A DNA stretch of 64,000 nt from NCBI GenBank assembly GCA_963693365.1, contig CAVNZM010000003.1, positions 2,985,106 through 3,049,105 of the forward strand. The letters are read 5' to 3'. Below the pieces are notes generated by a model. That model was not told where the DNA came from. It searched no databases and saw only the letters and a program-made list of their open reading frames with translations. A program made the position numbers and the translations under genes. Shown one piece after another: positions 32,161 through 45,760 of this stretch (its first letter is position 1; each line of letters opens with the position of its first letter). This DNA comes from Amoebidium appalachense (Eukaryota > Protista > Ichthyosporea).

Positions 32161-35100
32161 GTTTCGGCAAGATTGCTGATGTACATATTAGTATCATGTG
32201 CAAACTGTACCCTTGTGATATCGCATGGGTATCTCAGCACTACTTTCTTGTATAAGATATCTTCTGGTATCAGGTTCAGGATGTTTTCCGGTGTCATCCA
32301 GACCCGGTGCCAGTTGTCTGTTATATCGTGATAGTAGAAAACTCAGAAATGGGATGTGTGATGTCGGCGGCAAACTTTAGTAGTATTGCAGGCGGCACTG
32401 GTCTTCTTCAGGAAACACACAAAAGCTAAAATAGAAACATTAGGCCTGTAAACTTTAATTATAAACGTATGTAGTTGTAAAATTTAAAAGCTACATTTTT
32501 CAATGTATTTATATTAATTTGGAGGGTTTCTCTCATGATGCATGTCATCCTTGTTAATCATAATATGAAGATTTGCTTTTTTCAAGTTCAAAACAGTTTA
32601 AGGGGCTGCCACTGTCCTGTAAAGCAGTCTGAGGGACGCCGGGACAATATATCGGACCTGACCGGTGTCGCAGCCATAAATCTATTGATAAGTACAAAGT
32701 TACTAGACAGTGAAGTCACAGGGCCAAAATGTACTCGGAAATTGATCGAATTTTAGTTACCCGGTGAGACCCGACATTTTAAACTGTGCCTACTAGTATT
32801 TTGTTAGGTTTGCATGAAGTGGTGTGCTCTGAAAGAAACATGCATATTGGTGCTATGGGGAAGCAAGACACAACATCAATTTGCATACTACTGTTGTAGA
32901 GCTACCTGATTGGTTAAAAATGAAAACGTATGAGCCAATCAAAATCTTTTAACGGAGTTTTTTTTTTTTTTGGGCGGGAAGTTTCGTCATATTCAACGTG
33001 ACAATATCACATCGGATTCACATCGCAGGCCGCGCGCAGGCATCATCATGGTTGATAGAAACAGCTTCGCTGTTGAAACCTCATTATTTTCCTGTTTCTG
33101 TTTTCCCACATGCCGTCTCATTGAAATGTTAGCTCATTTGCACGCGCCACATCATCAAACGCTCTCACGAAAGTGCACTTGGCGACCTGGGAAACCTGAG
33201 CCCAAGGTTCCGAAAGCGAGCATACAACCGTGAATACTCGAAACATACAAGGAAGCGAAGGAGGGAAGAAACATTGGACGAAAAGCTGAAGAGGGCAAAA
33301 ATAGAGAGCGTACAAAAGCTGCATGCACAGGGCCTTATTGACGAGAACGCACAAAGCTTTAGTGTAGACGACGCTTCGCTAGAGTTTGAAGGCCTGTTTG
33401 CTGAGGAAGCAAGGACCAGCACGTGCACAAACGATGCAGACGACACGCACCCCGCACACCCAGATCCGGACCAGCAAAACCACTAAGAAACTACGAACCC
33501 CCCTGGACCATACACCAAGCTTTTGCTACCGAAGAAAAGACGCCTCTCTCAGACAGATAACAACAACATCTGCAGCATTTGGTCTGTGAAATACGAGGAA
33601 CTCCTTTAAACGCAAAACAACGACCAGCTGCAGTCAGTTTGTTTTTGGAATCGGAATACGTTATTTGTAGCGATTGGTTGAAACAGCACCATGGCTCCCT
33701 GGTGTTGACCAAAAGCAGCTCGCCAAAACCGCAGTAAATCGTCGTGCAAATCGATTTTGTGTCTTGCTGCCCCATAGTAGATTTCATGGTTTTGATAGGT
33801 CCTAGTTCTTAGTCATTTCTCCGGCCAGGAATACTGGCCCAAAATGTTGCCATTAGCAGATAATGATCCTGCCACAGCCCCACAGCAGGTCAGTTGCGGT
33901 GCTGCTGCATGTGTGTAGGTCTCTTTAGGCCCAGATTTTTTAATCATAGTTTTTGTCCACCCGTCACCACACTTCGATCCTTGCCTAAGTTGACTAGTAG
34001 TAGTCTAGTAACTAGGAACGGTTTTTAAGCAATGGTGAAGCATTGTATTCTTCAAATCATCTGGTTTCAAACCGACTAATAAAGAAGAATTATAATACTA
34101 AAGAATAGTCAGATGAATTTAGCCATTAAATTTTATTGATTCATTGAAGCTAGATTAATTGATGTTGCATTGCGCTCTCAGCTTGATTTGTCTTCTCGGA
34201 GAAGGGGCATATTAGTTAGATAGGGCGGAGAACAACTGAACTGAAGATAGAATAATATAGTAAGGCAGACACAGCCAAAGGTCCAAATTTCATATTTTCT
34301 CTACATTGAGTGAGTGAGCCTGACATATCTCTGTCGTATCCTAATGTATGTGTACTAGAGACGCGGCACTCTACTAAGTGTACACACACGAAAAGGAACG
34401 AACGTGTACAGAAAAACGGTAAAGTTTATTAAGACCAGGCTCCGACGGGCAAACTTAGATCCGTACGGATTGAGTCTAAGTTACGACTGAGGCCATCAAG
34501 GCCGTGCCCTACAAGATCATCATCACCTGGCCCCCTACGATGCCACATTCCATTAACATTCCGATCTACTTTTATCGTGCGCCTGCACGAGCTAAGTCGA
34601 TCTACTCAACTAATATATTTATCCAAGTCTCACCCCTCACCCTCCCCCTAGTGGCACCGCAGAGTCTAAATCTACATTTCATACTATCCTCCCCCCCCCT
34701 CCCTCCCCCCCTTTCCTCTACATCTAAATATATAAATACGTTTGGCAACATATACTATCAAACCTTGCCAATCCTTACAAAAGGGCTTCTGCCCGAACAA
34801 TGACATTCCTAAGTCCTCCTACGATCTATCCTACACACTAATTAGAATTCTATTGGACGGCTGTCCCGGCTGACGTGGTCCAATGCCCTGCGCCGGCAGA
34901 GGCAAGATGCACGCAGCTGTACAGCTATCTTGCTATCTTGAGGCCCCGGACTTGATCTTGATGATCTGTGGACCCGGGCCACCCCCCCCCCCCCCCCCCC
35001 GATCTCGATCGTAGACTTAGGCTAATCTGCTGAGACGGATTAGTATATGTCAACTCCCCCCCGGCCCCCGGAAAAGCTGAGTCCCACCTCAGTCACATTA

Positions 35101-35319
35101 CATCTAACACCCCCTAAAAAGACATAGACTAATCAGTCTCCTAAAAAAAATTAAATTAAATAAATTACGAAGAAAAATAATAAATTAATCTACACCATAA
35201 GCTTGATACCTACGGAGACACCTATGATAATAAATTAAATTCCTACGACTACATTCACACTCCTCCTCGGTCTCCCTCCCCTCCCTCCCCCTCCCCCCGT
35301 GTGTCTACGTGTATTTGCA

Positions 35320-38300
35320 TCACTCCCCCCCCCCGGCCCCCTCCCCCACCGACTTTTTCACACCACGATTAAACTGAGGAATAACTCTCTTTGGCCGAGA
35401 GGGAGCACTAGGCAACTCCCTCTGCACTAATCTAGCCTCATAAGCACGAATAGAAAACGGGCAATCCAAATGAAACTCAGGCAACCACTGATCTTCCTGA
35501 TAACCTCCCTCAAAACGAATTAAATAATAATTTACCTTACCTTCCTTACCTTCGATAACCTTTTTATCCATAATTTTATCTACTGCAGCCTCCGATACAT
35601 CCACCGACCCGTCATAGTCGGGGGGTGAATGCATCTAACACTCGACGGCCCTCCGGCCGTTTAACCCTAAGGGCCCTATCATAATATTCCTTTATATCAT
35701 CTACATTATAAAATCTAACATCACTCTCATTATCTAACCTCTGCACCTTATATTCCGTCGGACCTAACCTAGCCACTATTTTATACGGACCGATAAAAAG
35801 AGGCAACCATTTCTTACCATACTTACGAAGACCTTCACCTTCACCCTTACCTTCCTGCTCCTGCTTATATCTCTTCTTCCTAGTATGATCCCTAATTAAA
35901 ACTAAAGTACCCTCGGCAAATTCACGTAACGGACGTGTGGACACGTCTGTACGTGCCTGTGCCTGCTGTGTACGGGCCAGAGCTGCATCACGTGCAGCCC
36001 GGGCCCGGGTTAGTAGCTGCTCCCGGAACTCAGTCCAGTGGGGATAAGTTAGTCGGTCAGCCCCCCCCATCGGCAAAAGTGCCGTATCTAACAAACTAAT
36101 AGCCTCCTGCCCATAGACCAAATAAAATGGAGAAAAACCAGTCACAGCATGAGGGGTAGAATTATATGAATGAGCAATAAACCTAGACATATGATCCCAA
36201 TCATTAGCCTCCACATCCACCATTTTGCCAAAGGACTTCTGAAACACTGCATGCACACGTTCAGAGATGGCATTTGCTTGAGGGTGATATGCAGACGTAG
36301 TGATATGAGCTACCCTTAAAATTTTACACACCTCCGACACCAACTGATTTAAAAACACACGACTCCTATCCGTTAACAAAACACGAGGACAACCAACCTA
36401 AGACAAATTTCATCCACAAAAATACGAGCAAACAAAACGGCATTAGCAGTGGGGAGAGGAAAAACTTCAACCCAACGAGTGGCCACATCGGTGACGGTAA
36501 CAAGAACAGTGTTACCCTCAACCGTAGAATTAAAAGGACCGACCACATCCACTGCTACCCTTTCAAACATACGAACATTAAAATCCCTAATAAACGACGG
36601 GCGGGAACGAGAGTGGGGACTCTCATTCCTTTCCTGACAATGCATGCATGACAACACATAATCCCTCACCTCCCTACTCATACCCGGCCAAAAATACGAA
36701 CGATTAACACGAAGCAACGTCCTATTTACACCTAAATGACCAGCCATGGGATGCTCATGCACCATATGCAAAACCTCAGGCACAAGTGCCGTCGGGACCC
36801 AAACTCGGTGTCCGTCTGGCCCAGAACAATGATAAACTAAATCCTGCTCTACCTGACACATTTTTGCTAACTTAGCTACCTTAATCATCTGCCTTTTATT
36901 TGTAAATTTAATCGAATCAACCGGCCCCTTTAAATAATTCTTAACCAGACCAATCAACACATCTTCCTCCTGAGCTAAGATCAAAGCCGTAGGTGCTAAG
37001 GCAGGGGCCGAGCCATGAGACTCGGTCCCGACCTCAGACACCGACAAATACCTCCCCCCCCTCTCCTACACTTATAAGCAAGCAACCCCGGAACCCAAGA
37101 AGACACATCCACAGACACAGCATCTATTCCTTTCTGCTCACTCGCCCCCCCTTCCCCCCCTCCCCCCCCGTCTCTCACTATCCCCCCCCTCCCCCTCCTT
37201 CTCTTCTTCAAACAAAATATAAGCAGCACGAGAGAGAGCATCACAGTCGACCATTGTTTCACCCTTGGCATAAAACAATTTATAGGAGAACTCACCGAGA
37301 GCCGCGGCCCACTTCTGCATCCTCTCGTTGACCAGACGAGTGGTGCCGGCCATGGCTAGGCAGGGCTTGTGGTCGGTGTAGACCTCAAACGTCCTGCCTG
37401 CGAGTATATACCTCCATGCCTGTGAGACTGCCCAAAAGATAGCATGGGACTCTCTCTCCGGATTGCTATATCTACGTTCACTTTTACTAAATGAACGACT
37501 AGCATAAGCAATCACTCTATCCTGCCCCTCCTGCACTTGATATAACACGGCCCCCTCAGCAACCTTACTTGCATCGCACCGAACTTTAAACATCCCCCCC
37601 CCCGGCCGAAAAATCAGGATGAACAAGCATACTCGAAGACTGCAAAGCTAACTTAAGCTTTTCGAAAGCAGAAACAGCATCAACATTCCAATCTATTCTA
37701 TTCTTCTTCTCCCCCCCCGTCTGACTAGTTAACGGCAAAGCAAGCATACTATAGTCCTTAATATAACGACGAAGATAATTAGTTAAACCTAAAAATTGCC
37801 TTAGTTGAGTGACAGTCTGAGGACGGGGCCACTCAACTATGGCCCGGATTTTCTCCGGATCAGGGGAAAGACCATTACTAGACACAATATGACCTAAAAA
37901 CTTAACCTCCGGCACACCAATCACAGTCTTGCTACCGCTAATACGAAGACCAGACTCACCCAAAGCTAAAAATACTTTTTCACAATTATTAACTAACTCC
38001 TCAAATGACCTACCTTTAATTAAAACATCATCCAAATAAGGGTGGCATACATCCAAATGAGGGTGGAGAATTTTATACATTACCCGGCACAACATAGCTG
38101 GAGAGGAGAGCAAACCCATCGGCACCACCTTGTACTGGAACAGCTGGTCACCCAGTGCAAAGGCAGTCTTCTCCTTGCTGCTCTCCTCCAACCTTATCTG
38201 CCAAAAAGCTGCTTTTAAATCAAGTTTAGCAAAGTGAGTATAGCCGTGCAGCTGTGAAAGCTGCTCGTCTATGTTAGGGAGAGGCCATTGGTCTGCCTTA

Positions 38301-40445
38301 GTGATCCGATTCAGAGCCCTGTAATCGTTCACTAGACGCCAAGACCCGTCGGGCTTCTTAACCAATAGCACCGGACTTCTCCACGGACTCGAACTATGCT
38401 CCACATGACCCTTTTTTAACATATCACTCACTATTATTAGCGCATCCGACAATTTATACTGCTCCATTCTATAGCTAGGCATCACTACCGGCCTATTATC
38501 ACCTGTGTCGATCTGCATTTCAAACCCTTTAACGAAGCCTACTTCGTTATCATCGGCCAGAAATGCAAACCGAGTCCTATCAAATAACTTAGCTAATAAC
38601 TGTTTCTGCTCCACCGTCCAATCCCCCTCCTTCATACCAAACGGCAATACTAACTCCGGGTTACCCCCATCACAAGTGGATGCATCCTTATTCACCGGAG
38701 TGCCACTTAACATTTCACCTCCTGTATTACATCGGTGCTGCTCGGGGTGAGGTTGAGGTACCTCCGGATATAGGCGGTCACCCTTAGCACCCCCCCCTCC
38801 CCCCGGCACACCAATGCCCCCGGGCAATTCCTGATGAGTTAGTGCATGTATGTGGGGGGCCAGGTCTGTGGCCACCCTGCCCCCCACGGTGTTGGTTAAC
38901 CCGTCAGATCCACGGGTTAGACCAACACCCTCCCCCCTTGCCTGCACATTCTCACACCCGGGGTGACCCTCCTTCCTCTTGGGGGTCGGGGGAGTGGGAC
39001 CGGTGCTGTCCCGGTCCCCCCCCCCATCGTGTCGGGTGACATTTTGGTGGCTAACGTTAAATAAAGTTGTTCCCCCTCCTCCTGAGTCACCCTTCGAGCC
39101 GGCATCCTCCTTTTGGGTAATAAGAGAGACCTCTATACTACCAATCTCATTAGTGAAACTACCGACGGAAACACCTGACCTAATCACTATAGGCTCGATG
39201 CCCGGATTCACTAATTCTATTTCTATTGTCTTATCCGGCCATACCCTACTAAGGGTCCATTGGGCCACCTCCTGAAATGGGGTTTTCGGAGTAAAAACCC
39301 CTAAATCCCCTATCCTAACATGATTGCCGGCCCGGACACGTACCGTTTGGCACTGATAAGGCTCGATTACTACTTCAGCTACCGTTCTAGCACCAGACTG
39401 ATAACCGTCGAGCCCCTCATGGGTTTTAATTTTAACGCCGGACTGCAATTCTAAAACATTCGTACGTTCAAACAAAGCATTCACATGTCTACGGAAAAAT
39501 GGGGCTCCCAACAAAACACTTTGAGCTAAATCCTTAACCACATAACAAGCAACATGCATAGCCTGGCCACCTATCTCACACGGCAACACACAAACACCTT
39601 CCACAGACATACTACTATTATTAGCACTACCTAAGGCTGTGCTAGAAGCATCTAAAATAGGAATTTCCCCCCCGGCCTGATTAAAACGACGAATAAACGA
39701 AGCATGCACACAATTAACCTGAGCCCCTCCATCGAGCAAAGCAACAGCCTTCAACTTACCATCAGCTAACCATACGTCTATATAATGCCGGCTAAAACCA
39801 ACTAAATCCTCCTCCAATTCAAGCAACACATCATCACTCACTCCCAATCCCTGCCCACGAAGACTCACACCCTCGATACCTACGTGCAACATACCTACCT
39901 GTGGTGCCTGCACGGGTGGGGTGGGGTGTGTATGTGATGTGGGTGGTGGTGGAGTGTGTGTGTGTGATGTGTGGGTGGGTGGTGTGTGTGTGTGTGGTGT
40001 ATGTGTGGGTGTGTGTGTGGGTGTAGGTGTGTCTGCAACCGTCGTATGTTGTTGTGGTGGTGTGTTTCTATGTGTCTGTGCCTTCCCCCCCCTTCCCCCT
40101 TTACTCGTGTGTGTCCCCCCCCCTCCCGGAAACAATGGCACAGAAACCCCCTCCGGTGTGGTTAGAACAAACACCGGGTTGGGACAAGAAACACTGAGAC
40201 CATCCACTTGTGGCTGGGGAACCTCCCCCAACCACAAAACATTCACACCATTCATACCTTTGGTAGAGTCACCCCACAAACATTCATGCCATACCACCTC
40301 GACGCTGTCTTGAGGACCCACGACGATGCCCGGCTCCCACACGTATCGGGGCGGTGAGGGGGCAAAGGGAAGCTTAACCTGGGGTGGGGGAGGGTGAAGG
40401 TTCTCTGCAACCTGGGGGGGACCGATACTGTCCCCCCCCCCTCCC
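35320..40445 (-). pseudogene. Gypsy pol (PR, dUTPase-like spacer, RT, RNase H, integrase, chromodomain), broken by several frameshifts
   Basis: ALLDGGAQVN (PR); PVLLVKKPDGSWRLVNDYRALN and YLDD (RT); CDAS...YTDHKP (RH); HEHPMAGHLG...CMHCQ, VDVVGP, AYHPQANAISER and GPY (IN); VDKIMDKK...YYLIRFEGGYQEDQWLPE (chromodomain). Breaks at ~37595, 37040-37190, 36395 and 35620, mostly in G/C homopolymers. Confidence 0.9.
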
Positions 40446-41822
40446 TCAGTGACCCCAGCTTCCCCCTCCCCCGGAACTCAATAGCTCTTGTAACCTCTTG
40501 TAACTACGGCAATATGCAGCAGAGTGCCCTTGCCGGCCACAAAAGTAACATGCACCAAAGAAGGGGCCAGGGGGGACTTCAAAACCTTGGCGCAAAGCAT
40601 AACCGGGAGCCCGGTCATGCTGGGGGGGCCCACCGTGTGCACCACGGCCCCCCCTTCCCCCCTGCCCCCCTCGGCCTCTCTCACCACCATTTCCACCCCT
40701 CCCTCTACCCTGCCCACCACCACGAGCAAGATAAGGGGCAAACCTCTCGGTGAACTGCTGCTGTTGTCCTCCACGTCCACCTCGGCCACGACCGCCGTGT
40801 CCACCCCGGTCGCCGCCACGGCCACCTCGGAAGCCGAAGCCCCCTCGGCCAGAAAAGACGGCCTGGGAGAGCTCGGCAACCTGCTTGACCAACATGGTGA
40901 GTGCATCTGGCTGTTCACCCTCTTTTTTCTCTTTTTCCCCCTTCTGTCCACTCTCCTTCTTTTTCTTGTCTACTTCCATCACCTCCTTTTTATCCCTCTT
41001 ATTGAACTTCACCTCGTGCATGGCAAGCAAGTGACGTTTAACATGCAACACCACCTCATCTACATCATCATGCTCCCCAAACATGCGTGCAGTGTCTGTG
41101 TTTACAGAGAGAGCCTTACGAGCAAACTCGAATTTTTCCCTATCACTCACGTCACCAGCTAACTCACAAAGGTCCTCAAAGACCCGATATTCCCTCTCAA
41201 AGAATGCACGAGCTTCTACGGGGGACATATCTAGTGTGGGAAAGGTATACTTCCATTCTCTGAGCTGGGCCCGGAAGGTACGGCGCCGGTCGGCCGTCAG
41301 GTATCGGCCGACGAGCCGGGCCGTATACTCGAGCTCGTTTTCCGGCCGTGTGAAGGCCTCGAGCTCCCCGTCCACGTCGTCGGTGCTGTTCTCGTCCTCG
41401 TCGTCGGGGATGAACCGTGCGGCCAGACGTTTCTGGCCGAGTGTCCGGGACACCATCTCGTCCCTCCCCTCGTCGTACTGCTGCTCGTATATACGAGCCG
41501 TCACCTGGGGGGCCTGCTCGGCCCGGTACGGGTGCTCCTCCATCAGGGTGCATAAGTCGGCCATTGTTTTGTGGTCGATGCACTGTTTGATCATTAAGCA
41601 CGAGGCCGCCACAGTGGGGGCCTTCTGTGTGTCTAACACTAGTGTGGGTGTGTTAGCTAGGAGTGTCCTAAGCCACCTAGGGATTTCCGAGTCGTGTTTG
41701 AGTGTAAAACTGAAAGCTGTGGTCTGTCTAACGTCTAGTGTATGAACCTGTGGTACCTGTGTGTGCAGGGAGCTATCCTCCGCTGCCAATGCGTAGAACA
41801 TGTCTACGTTAAACTTAGCCAT
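40446..41822 (-). CDS. Gypsy gag (RGG-rich, CCHC zinc knuckle)
   Basis: 458-aa ORF with RGG repeats and CYFCGRQGHSAAYC. Confidence 0.9.
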   Translation of the reverse strand: MAKFNVDMFYALAAEDSSLHTQVPQVHTLDVRQTTAFSFTLKHDSEIPRWLRTLLANTPTLVLDTQKAPTVAASCLMIKQCIDHKTMADLCTLMEEHPYRAEQAPQVTARIYEQQYDEGRDEMVSRTLGQKRLAARFIPDDEDENSTDDVDGELEAFTRPENELEYTARLVGRYLTADRRRTFRAQLREWKYTFPTLDMSPVEARAFFEREYRVFEDLCELAGDVSDREKFEFARKALSVNTDTARMFGEHDDVDEVVLHVKRHLLAMHEVKFNKRDKKEVMEVDKKKKESGQKGEKEKKEGEQPDALTMLVKQVAELSQAVFSGRGGFGFRGGRGGDRGGHGGRGRGGRGGQQQQFTERFAPYLARGGGQGRGRGGNGGERGRGGQGGRGGRGAHGGPPQHDRAPGYALRQGFEVPPGPFFGACYFCGRQGHSAAYCRSYKRLQELLSSGGGGSWGH

Positions 41823-41860
41823 TGTGTGGTGTGTGCCCTAACTCGTGTGGTTGTGTTTAT

Positions 41861-41896
<36 letters not shown>

Positions 41897-43259
41897 TGTT
41901 TGAGGTGTAGCAACAGCCCAGAAGGAACTGTCACCGCGTTACCCTAGCGCGAAAAACCGCACTAAAAGAAAGGTGTAGCTTGTCGTATCCTAATGTATGT
42001 GTACTAGAGACGCGGCACTCTACTAAGTGTACACACACGAAAAGGAACGAACGTGTACAGAAAAACGGTAAAGTTTATTAAGACCAGGCTCCGACGGGCA
42101 AACTTAGATCCGTACGGATTGAGTCTAAGTTACGACTGAGGCCATCAAGGCCGTGCCCTACAAGATCATCATCACCTGGCCCCCTACGATGCCACATTCC
42201 ATTAACATTCCGATCTACTTTTATCGTGCGCCTGCACGAGCTAAGTCGATCTACTCAACTAATATATTTATCCAAGTCTCACCCCTCACCCTCCCCCTAG
42301 TGGCACCGCAGAGTCTAAATCTACATTTCATACTATCCTCCCCCCCCCTCCCTCCCCCCTTTCCTCTACATCTAAATATATAAATACGTTTGGCAACATA
42401 TACTATCAAACCTTGCCAATCCTTACAAAAGGGCTTCTGCCCGAACAATGACATTCCTAAGTCCTCCTACGATCTATCCTACACACTAATTAGAATTCTA
42501 TTGGACGGCTGTCCCGGCTGACGTGGTCCAATGCCCTGCGCCGGCAGAGGCAAGATGCACGCAGCTGTACAGCTATCTTGCTATCTTGAGGCCCCGGACT
42601 TGATCTTGATGATCTGTGGACCCGGGCCACCCCCCCCCCCCCCCCGATCTCGATCGTAGACTTAGGCTAATCTGCTGAGACGGATTAGTATATGTCAATC
42701 TCAGTGTGTAAGATCAGACCCCCCCCCCCCCCCCCCCCCCCAAGGGGTAACAGTACTGGGACGGCTGTCTTATATATTCGCCCCCTTGATGTCTCCCATC
42801 ACTGAGCACAGGATTCATTCATCCACAACCAGTGCGGTTGGCAACATGCCATCCATGTTTGTGGTGCGGTTGGGGCCAGTCAGAGATTCGTCCCATTCAT
42901 GCTACTAGTAACCTCTTATAGGGTCACTTCATTGATTTGCTGTGCAGCTATAGAACCGTATGTGGTCTTGCTCCTCTGTGTGGTGCTTAACAGTCACGGT
43001 AGTTCCTGTTGGTGCGAACTTGGTATGTGTGTTATATTCGCGGCCATATGAAGCACATGAAACGTGGCAGGTACACCGGTTTCTTCAGTAAACATATAAT
43101 TTGTATGTACAGTTGTTCAACTTGAATGTCGTAAGCCATCCGGGGTAACACGGACTGACGCACGAGCAGGGTTCGACCACCAAGGTAAGTGGAAGGCTAG
43201 ATTAACGATGTTGTGCTTCCATTGTGTGTCCAAGCAGGGTTCTAATGCAATACATGCCA

Positions 43260-43930
43260 AGAGAGAAAGAAAGTGTCCGAGAGCAGTGAAGGAGGGGGAG
43301 GGGGTAAGGAGGGAGGGGGTGGGGGGAGATAGAGAGAGGGGGGTGGAGGGGGAGGAGAGAGAGAGTGTGTGTGTGAAAGTGAGGGAAACAGAGATCGAGA
43401 GGGAGGACGGGCGAGAGACAGAGAGGTGGGCGAAGGGGGGGAGAGGGGGGGAATAGTAAGAGGGGGAGCGTGAAGGAGATGGAGGGAGGGAGGGAGGGGG
43501 GGGGGGGGGGGGGGGGAGGATGAGAGAGAGAGAGTGTGTGTGTGTGCGTGTGTGAAACAGGGATGGAGAGAGGGGCCCGGCGAGAGACAGAGACGTGGGG
43601 GGAAGGGGGGCGGGGGGAGATAGCAAGAAGGGGAGCGAGAGAGAGAGAAAGTGTGTCCGTGTGTGTGAGCGAGCTCGTGCGTCCGTGTGTCTGTGCCTGT
43701 ATGTCTGTGTCTGTCTTGTGTGTCCTCTGTCTCTCTCTCTGTGTGTGCGTGTGCGTGTGTGCGTGTGTGTGTGTGTACGTGTGCGTGTGCGTGTGTGCAT
43801 GTGTGCGTGTGTGTGTGTGTTTGTGTGCATGTGTGTGTGTAAGAGAAAGAAGAGGGGGGGAGAAGGGTGGAGAGGGGGGAAGGCGAGAAGGAGGGGGAGA
43901 GGGGAGGACGGAGGGAGAGGGGGAAGCGAG
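43260..43930. repeat. GA/GT-rich low-complexity block
   Basis: Read directly from the sequence. Confidence 0.8.
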
Positions 43931-44427
43931 AGTACTTACAAGCTGCCTGGGTGAAAATAAACGCACATGAAGAGCCCTACCCTGCAAAAACATCTAACGG
44001 CACACACCAAACACGCCCACACGTGCCACACCCCTCGACCCTACACTCAACAACACCGTGGCACACCACACAGCACGTGACATCGCGCACGACACACACA
44101 GGCTGCACACGCACACACGCCATGGCACACGTACAGCCACACGTAAGCACACGCCTACACGGCACATATATTCGACCGAGCCGACCCAAAGAAAAGACTG
44201 TGGACTGCACGTGCAGCGGTTGCAGCCTGGCCTTCGAACAGTCGAAGGTTCTGGGTGTGTGCACATCTAATGTCTAAAGGGCGCGCACCCTCTCAACACA
44301 TCCGATAGGTGGCCTGGGAGGGGCCGTGAGAAAAAGATTTTAACGGCACACAAAACTGCGCACGGCGAAACACAGAAACAGTCATAGTCCCTACGCACTA
44401 TTTGATTGGTCAGATCACAATTCAGTG

Positions 44428-45077
44428 GGATCTCCCAACACTTCGAAGAGTGGGGGCGATCGTATGTCCGTACTTTTTTTTTTTTTTTTGACTGGATTTA
44501 TTCGACGGAAAGATATGCAAGTATGCACGGCATACTGAGAAGGCAATAAAAACTTCACGAGTTATCCAGTAACAAGTGCATACTGAGATACCTGAACACT
44601 GTTTGAAATCATATAAATACTAAATGTGACGACCAAAAGATTTCAACAAAAAGTCTAAAGTGTTCACATTGCCAGCCCGTGTAGCAGACACCCGTAGGGA
44701 AAGAGGCAAAACGCGACATAAAAACTCACACCTATCATATATGTACCTGCGCTCCCGGGAATTTTAGACCCCGTTTCCATATGTGTGTAACAGTATGTAA
44801 CTAGTAACTACGGAAAATGGAGCCTTTTTCATACCAAAATAACCATATTTAGTATGAATTTATTGATTTTTACTATATGTAGAACCACATGCAGTCCTAC
44901 GTCTGTAACGGAATTTTACGTGGCCTAAACTTCGAAACTGGAAAATCGTAATTCCGCTGTTATCCCAGTCAAGAGACTTGTCATATCTTTCCGTCGAATA
45001 AATCCAGTCAAAAGAAAAAAAGAAAAAAAAAATACACACATACGACTCGCGCCACACATATGAGTTTTGGGAGATCC
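44428..45077. mobile_element. MITE with ~95-bp imperfect TIRs (Mutator-like?), 650 bp
   Basis: GGATCTCCCAA...TTTTGACTGGATTTATTCGACGGAAAGATATG at the left is mirrored by CATATCTTTCCGTCGAATAAATCCAGTCAAAA...TTGGGAGATCC at the right. TSD not clear. Confidence 0.75.
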
Positions 45078-45373
45078 ACCAGTGCCAGGAGTTGTCAGGG
45101 TTTGGAGACTGGAAGCCCTACTACACATCAAATTGATTGTCAGCATCAATAAAGTCACTTAAAATTATTTTTTCCCTCATTTTATGTTTACACAGCTTTT
45201 ATTAATATTATTTTAATTCAATCTTCTCATAAAACCTCATTTTTTTAAGATGTTCAACAGTAGAACTATTTCTTCAAATCTCGTTCCCTTTAATTATATA
45301 AATATCAAACCCCGAGAAGTCGAACAGGGCTTCACATTCTTTCTTTGAGCGTGGGAATAATCTCCAGGGCGTT

Positions 45374-45475
45374 TTCTCCTTAAACAAAAAGCCCTTATTC
45401 TTTAGAGATATTGATTATTTATATTCTCCTTAAACAAAAAGCCCTTATTCTTTAGAGATATTGATTATTTATATT
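45374..45475. repeat. 50-bp tandem duplication
   Basis: 'ttctccttaaacaaaaagcccttattctttagagatattgattattttata' occurs twice. Confidence 0.9.
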
Positions 45476-45599
45476 AAAATTAAATATTTCATTTCAAATA
45501 ATTAGACATAGTTTTCCTTGTACTGGCCCCCTGCGCTTATCAATACACCCGACACTTTTGAGTCCGAATTTCTACCCCTGACCAAGTGCGCACGGACGC

Positions 45600-45650
45600 T
45601 TATCTGACCAATCAGTGCGCTCAAGAGGTCGTTTTTCATTGGTTGAATGT
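45600..45650 (+). promoter_or_regulatory. Candidate CCAAT-box pair upstream of PAH
   Basis: GACCAATCAG (~45607) and CATTGGTT (~45637) lie 110-150 bp before the ATG. Motif match only. Confidence 0.4.
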
Positions 45651-45760
45651 CAGGGCCGTCTCACGGCGGGACACCAACAAGTCCAAACAAAAAGCACCTT
45701 GCCCACGGTGCAGTTCATCAGTCCTTCCCTTCTTTTTTTTTGCTGCCCACACCCTGCACT

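Larger units (their letters stand above)
34332..42697 (-). mobile_element. Full-length Ty3/Gypsy chromovirus LTR retrotransposon
   Basis: LTRs 34332-35052 and 41981-42697 have TG...CA ends and appear identical except for a poly-C length. TSD ATCTC at 34327-34331 / 42698-42702. G-rich PPT next to 35053. Order gag, PR, RT, RH, IN, chromodomain. Confidence 0.97.

Noticed and set aside
33100-33740. Degenerate coding-like stretch (RKRAYNREYSKHTRKRRREE...)
   Set aside because: It is interrupted by stops and has no recognisable domain or element boundaries. It may be a transposon relic but cannot be supported.
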